From a bacterium (GTDB lineage Bacteria; Eisenbacteria; RBG-16-71-46): a stretch of 13,382 nucleotides of DNA. Location of the stretch: NCBI GenBank assembly GCA_043779265.1, contig JAYWEM010000030.1, positions 1 to 13,382 on the forward strand. The letters run 5' to 3'. The notes under the pieces are model-generated. The model was given only the letters and a program-made list of their open reading frames with translations. It had not been told where the DNA came from and searched no databases. Positions 10,111 through 13,382 of the stretch are shown in pieces (position 1 is the first letter of the stretch; each line of letters opens with the position of its first letter). The position numbers and the translations under genes are program-made.

Positions 10111-11255
10111 TGGCCACGACCCTGGAGAAGACCATGCCAACACCGCGCGTGCTCTGTGTCGACGACGACCGCAACATCCTGGAGGCGATGCGCCGTTCGC
10201 TGAAGGGCGACTTCGAACTCGTGATCGCCGTCGGCGGTGTCGAAGGGCTCCAGAAGCTCCGTGAGGAGGGCCCGTTCGCGGTGGTCATCTCCGACCTCCG
10301 GATGCCGGTGGTCGACGGTCTCACCCTGCTGCGCGAACTCTCGCAGATCGACCCCGATACGGTTGGCATCCTGCTCACCGGCAATGCCGATGTGAATGCT
10401 GCGGTCTCCGCGATCAACGAGGGACAGTTGTTCCGGTTCCTCACCAAGCCCTGCCCCGTGAAATACCTGCATGCGACGATTTCGGCTGGAATCGAGCAGT
10501 ACAAGCTGGTCACGACCGAGAAGGTGATCCTGCGCGAGACCCTGTTCACGAGCATGCGAGCCCTCTCGGAGCTCGCCTGTCTCCAGCGCCCCGATGTGGC
10601 CACCCGCGTCCAGCGCGCACGGCGTTTGGCAACCGGTCTGAGCGAGCACGCGTGTCCGCAGCAGACATGGGCGTGTGAGATCGGCATGCTCCTGCTGGTG
10701 ACCGGCTGGGTGACGCTTCCCGAGGCCGTGATGGCGCGCGCCTCCCAACCGGGAGCGCTGATGCCGTCCGACCTCGCGCAACTCGCCCGATTGCCAGCCC
10801 TGGCGTCACGGCTGATCGCCGATGTACCCCGACTCGAACTGGTTCGCGACTCGCTGGAGCAGCTGCAGCACCCGCGATCCGACGACGAGGCGCCCGTCAT
10901 CCAGGTCCTGCGCATCCTGTGGGACTACGACCGCGAATCATCGGCGGATGATGCCATTGCGCTCGAGGCACTTCGCGGCCACGGCCATCGTGAGGAGCTG
11001 AGGACTCGCTTGCATGGGCTTCTCGTCGCCGACGAGCACTCGGGCCCCACGATCGAAGTCCGGATCGGCGATCTCCAGCCCGGGATGATCCTCACCGAGA
11101 ACGTGTTCGATGAGAAGGGCTCCCTGCTCATCGGGCGTGGCACCGAAGTCGGACCGGGCCTATCCGAGCGCATTCGGAACTACTGGAGCGAGGAGTCGCG
11201 CGAGCGATCGACCAGCGTGCGTGCCCCGCAGCAGTCGGTGCGCGCGGCGGCCTGA
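10110..11255 (+). CDS. Response regulator, REC + degenerate HD-like output domain (start may be ATG 10134)
   Basis: Intact receiver (CVDDD, SDLRMPVVDG, LTG, LTKP). Helical output region without HD or GYP motifs; C-terminal DLQPGMILTENVFDEKGSLLIGRG module. TGATG overlap with the kinase; the alternative ATG at 10134 has GGAG upstream. Confidence 0.85.
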   Translation: MATTLEKTMPTPRVLCVDDDRNILEAMRRSLKGDFELVIAVGGVEGLQKLREEGPFAVVISDLRMPVVDGLTLLRELSQIDPDTVGILLTGNADVNAAVSAINEGQLFRFLTKPCPVKYLHATISAGIEQYKLVTTEKVILRETLFTSMRALSELACLQRPDVATRVQRARRLATGLSEHACPQQTWACEIGMLLLVTGWVTLPEAVMARASQPGALMPSDLAQLARLPALASRLIADVPRLELVRDSLEQLQHPRSDDEAPVIQVLRILWDYDRESSADDAIALEALRGHGHREELRTRLHGLLVADEHSGPTIEVRIGDLQPGMILTENVFDEKGSLLIGRGTEVGPGLSERIRNYWSEESRERSTSVRAPQQSVRAAA

Positions 11256-11258
11256 ATC

Positions 11259-13199
11259 TCAAGCCGAGGCGTGTGCCGCGCCGAGGCGGTCGAGCAGCGT
11301 GCGCGCGAATTCGGTCAGGGAGGGATCTCGCGCCCCCATGACCAGAACAAGATCGCCGGGCGTGGCCTCGGCGGTGATCCGCTCGATCAACGCCTCCCTC
11401 GAAGTCGCGAACTCGGCGGCCGTTCCGGCATCGGCCATGTCCGAGACCAGGTCGGCAGCCGAGAAATCCCGCACGGCGGTGCCTCCCGCGTAGAAGATCT
11501 CGAGCAGCCAGACGCGGTCCTCGGGTCCAAGCGTGTTGCAGAAGGTCTCGACCAGATCCTCTCTCAGGAATCGAGTCGGGCCGTAGCCGTGCGGCTGGAA
11601 CACGGCCAACACGCGGCGCGCACGTCGATGCGCCGTGTCGATCGCCGCCGCGATCTTGGCGGGATTGTGCGCGAAGTCATCGATGACCTCGACGCCGCGT
11701 GCCGTACCGAGCGACTGGAATCGCCGGCCGACGCCGCGGAATCGGGACAGCGGGGCGGCGAACTCGGCGAGCGGGACCCCCAGCGCGAGACCCACGGCCA
11801 GCGCGGCGAGTGCGTTCTCCACGTTGTGTCGTCCTGGCACGGGAAGGGTCACTCGCGTGCCATTCACCGTGAACGCACTGCCTCCTGCTTCCAGCACAAC
11901 GTCCGTGGCACGCACCTCGGCCCGCTCGCCGAATCCGAAGAGGAGCGATCCCGGATGCAGGCTCGCGAGCGCGTCGGCCTCACCGCAGACGAAGCGATCG
12001 CGCGTGCGATTCCGGAACTGCTCGAACATCGTGAGCACCTCGGCCTCGGTCTTATGATCCCGCGTCAGGTTGAGTGCGACACCAAGGGCGGGCCGATAGC
12101 GCACGAGCGAGCCATCACTCTCGTCGGCCTCCACGACGAGCAGATCGCTTCCGCCGGACCACGCGTTGCCCCACAGTCCCTCCTCCTCAAGGCAGACCAG
12201 TTCGCCGCCGGTGATCACGGAAGGGTCGCGCCCCGACCCCCTCAGGGCCTCGAACACCATCGCCACCACGGTCGACTTGCCACTCGTCCCGGAGATCGCG
12301 ATCGAACGCATGCTGGCCACCCAAAGCGCGAGCATCTCGGAGCGATGCACGATGGGAAGCTCGAGTCGGCGGGCTGCTGCGACGTCGGGAACGCTCTCCT
12401 CCACGGCGGTCGAGACGACCAGAGCGGATGCTCCCTCCACGCCGCTGCCGTCCTGCGCCGCGATCGAGATCCCCATCCGCTCCAGCCGCGCACGCGCATC
12501 GTCGCGCTCCGCACGATCGAAGCCGCGGTCGCTGCCGCTGACCGAACCGCCGCGCATCGCCTGGAACTGCGCCAGCGCGCTCATGCCGCTCCCGCCGACG
12601 CCTGCGTAGTGGAAACGCCCGCCTGCGATCGGATCGGGCATCTCGCCGGGGCCGGGGGCCACGATCACGACGAGATCCCCTTCGCGGACCCGATCGAAGA
12701 GATCGGTCACGGCCTGATTGGAGAACCGGACGCAACCGTGCGAGACCGCCTGACCGAGGGAGTCCTCCTGATTGGTGCCATGCAGGTAGATGAAGCGTTC
12801 GAGCGAGTCCCGCTCCCCACCCTGATTGACCGTCGGCTCGAGACCCTCGAGCGTCAGAATGCGTGTGAGGATCAGGTCGTCGGCACGCGTCTCACCCGTC
12901 CATCGCTCGCCGGTCGGTTCACGGCTCACGAAGATGGTCCCCGATTCTGCGCCGTCGCCCACCTTGCGCTGGATGCGATGCCACCCGGGCGGCGTCTTGA
13001 AAGACCCTCGCAGTCCGCCGATGCCCTCGGCCGCGGTCGATACGGACCAATCCGCCACGACCCGACCATCCTCGTACCACCAGGCGTGCTGCGCCTCGGT
13101 GCCGATGACGAGCACACGCGGAGGTGCCTCGCGCAGTGGCGAGCGGGCGCGCTTGAGTGCCGAGGCGAGCAGTGAGTTGGGGTCCGCAGGATGGGTCAT
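11259..13199 (-). CDS. Fusion protein: N-terminal YkuD/L,D-transpeptidase-family (ElsL-like) domain + MurC-like Mur ligase
   Basis: One uninterrupted frame from ATG 13199. YkuD: KTPPGWH, ILTRILTLEGLE, FIYLHGTN...SHGCVRF. Mur ligase: HYAGVGGSGMSALA, GSD, SGTSGKST (P-loop), VVEADESDGS, DH, GRHNVENALAA, GVGRRFQ, DDFAHNP, FQPHGYGPTR, VLVMGARD. Confidence 0.88.
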   Translation of the reverse strand: MTHPADPNSLLASALKRARSPLREAPPRVLVIGTEAQHAWWYEDGRVVADWSVSTAAEGIGGLRGSFKTPPGWHRIQRKVGDGAESGTIFVSREPTGERWTGETRADDLILTRILTLEGLEPTVNQGGERDSLERFIYLHGTNQEDSLGQAVSHGCVRFSNQAVTDLFDRVREGDLVVIVAPGPGEMPDPIAGGRFHYAGVGGSGMSALAQFQAMRGGSVSGSDRGFDRAERDDARARLERMGISIAAQDGSGVEGASALVVSTAVEESVPDVAAARRLELPIVHRSEMLALWVASMRSIAISGTSGKSTVVAMVFEALRGSGRDPSVITGGELVCLEEEGLWGNAWSGGSDLLVVEADESDGSLVRYRPALGVALNLTRDHKTEAEVLTMFEQFRNRTRDRFVCGEADALASLHPGSLLFGFGERAEVRATDVVLEAGGSAFTVNGTRVTLPVPGRHNVENALAALAVGLALGVPLAEFAAPLSRFRGVGRRFQSLGTARGVEVIDDFAHNPAKIAAAIDTAHRRARRVLAVFQPHGYGPTRFLREDLVETFCNTLGPEDRVWLLEIFYAGGTAVRDFSAADLVSDMADAGTAAEFATSREALIERITAEATPGDLVLVMGARDPSLTEFARTLLDRLGAAHASA

Positions 13200-13243
13200 G
13201 TGCGCGAGGGTGCCACACTGGCGAGGCGACAGCACGGCGTACA

Positions 13244-13322
13244 ATCGGGATAGGGGGTAGCGGGTTTGCCCCGCTACGCCCCTCCCACACCACCGGACAT
13301 GCGGGTCCGCATCCGGCGGTTC
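13244..13322 (-). mobile_element. 3' end (domains V and VI) of a class C (IIC) group II intron; may be a remnant or extend beyond the window
   Basis: Minus strand: 32-nt D5 ACCGCCGGA-TGCG-GACC-CGCA-TG-TCCGGTGGT (13320-13289) with CGC triad. D6 GGGAGGGGCGTAGCGGG-GCAAA-CCCGCTACCCCCT-A-TCCC with a bulged A (13251), ending in GAT (AY 3' splice site at 13244). Confidence 0.88.
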
Positions 13323-13382
13323 GGAAAGTTGACGGCGTGCCACAACGGCCCGCCTGTGCTTGTGATTCGTGCAGCGTCGTCG

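Noticed and set aside
11271..13175. 634-aa plus-strand ORF, and similar long ORFs such as 2015-3727, 3516-4814, 5021-6295 and 1461-2612
   Set aside because: Antisense or off-frame shadows of real genes, expected in high-GC DNA; no recognisable motifs.
13200..13216. sigma54 promoter (TGGCAC...) before the fusion gene
   Set aside because: The required GG-N10-GC spacing is not met and it lies too close to the ATG.
13200..13343. N-terminal extension (MARRQLSEPPDADPHVRWCGRG...) of the YkuD-Mur ligase ORF
   Set aside because: It is the conceptual translation of group II intron domains V-VI, not protein; ATG 13199 is the more plausible start.
13234..13382. Integron attC site interrupted by the IIC intron (reconstituted GTACAAC-AA)
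   Set aside because: An R''-like box can be built by removing the fragment, but no convincing L''/L'/R' boxes are visible, and there is no cassette or integrase in the window.

Overview
GC-rich window from a diderm (outer-membrane) bacterium. Left half: a 5'-truncated ettA (ABC-F), a convergent chromate transporter (chrA-like), an orphan pseudo-receiver/HDOD protein, an outer-membrane beta-barrel protein with a structured 5' leader, and a divergent, probably leaderless ispG. Middle: a four-gene soluble signalling operon (REC-HDOD, FIST/NosP-like sensor, PAS histidine kinase, REC plus degenerate HD-like regulator) behind a sigma28-like promoter. All four of its products end in Ala-Ala. Right end, minus strand: the most unusual gene, one ORF fusing a signal-less ElsL-like YkuD (L,D-peptidase) domain to a MurC-like ligase whose L-Ala-binding motif is altered. 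It is a candidate bifunctional cytoplasmic peptidoglycan-recycling enzyme. The 3' end (domains V-VI) of a class C group II intron lies 44 nt upstream of it. All family calls come from motif recognition by eye; no database search was run.
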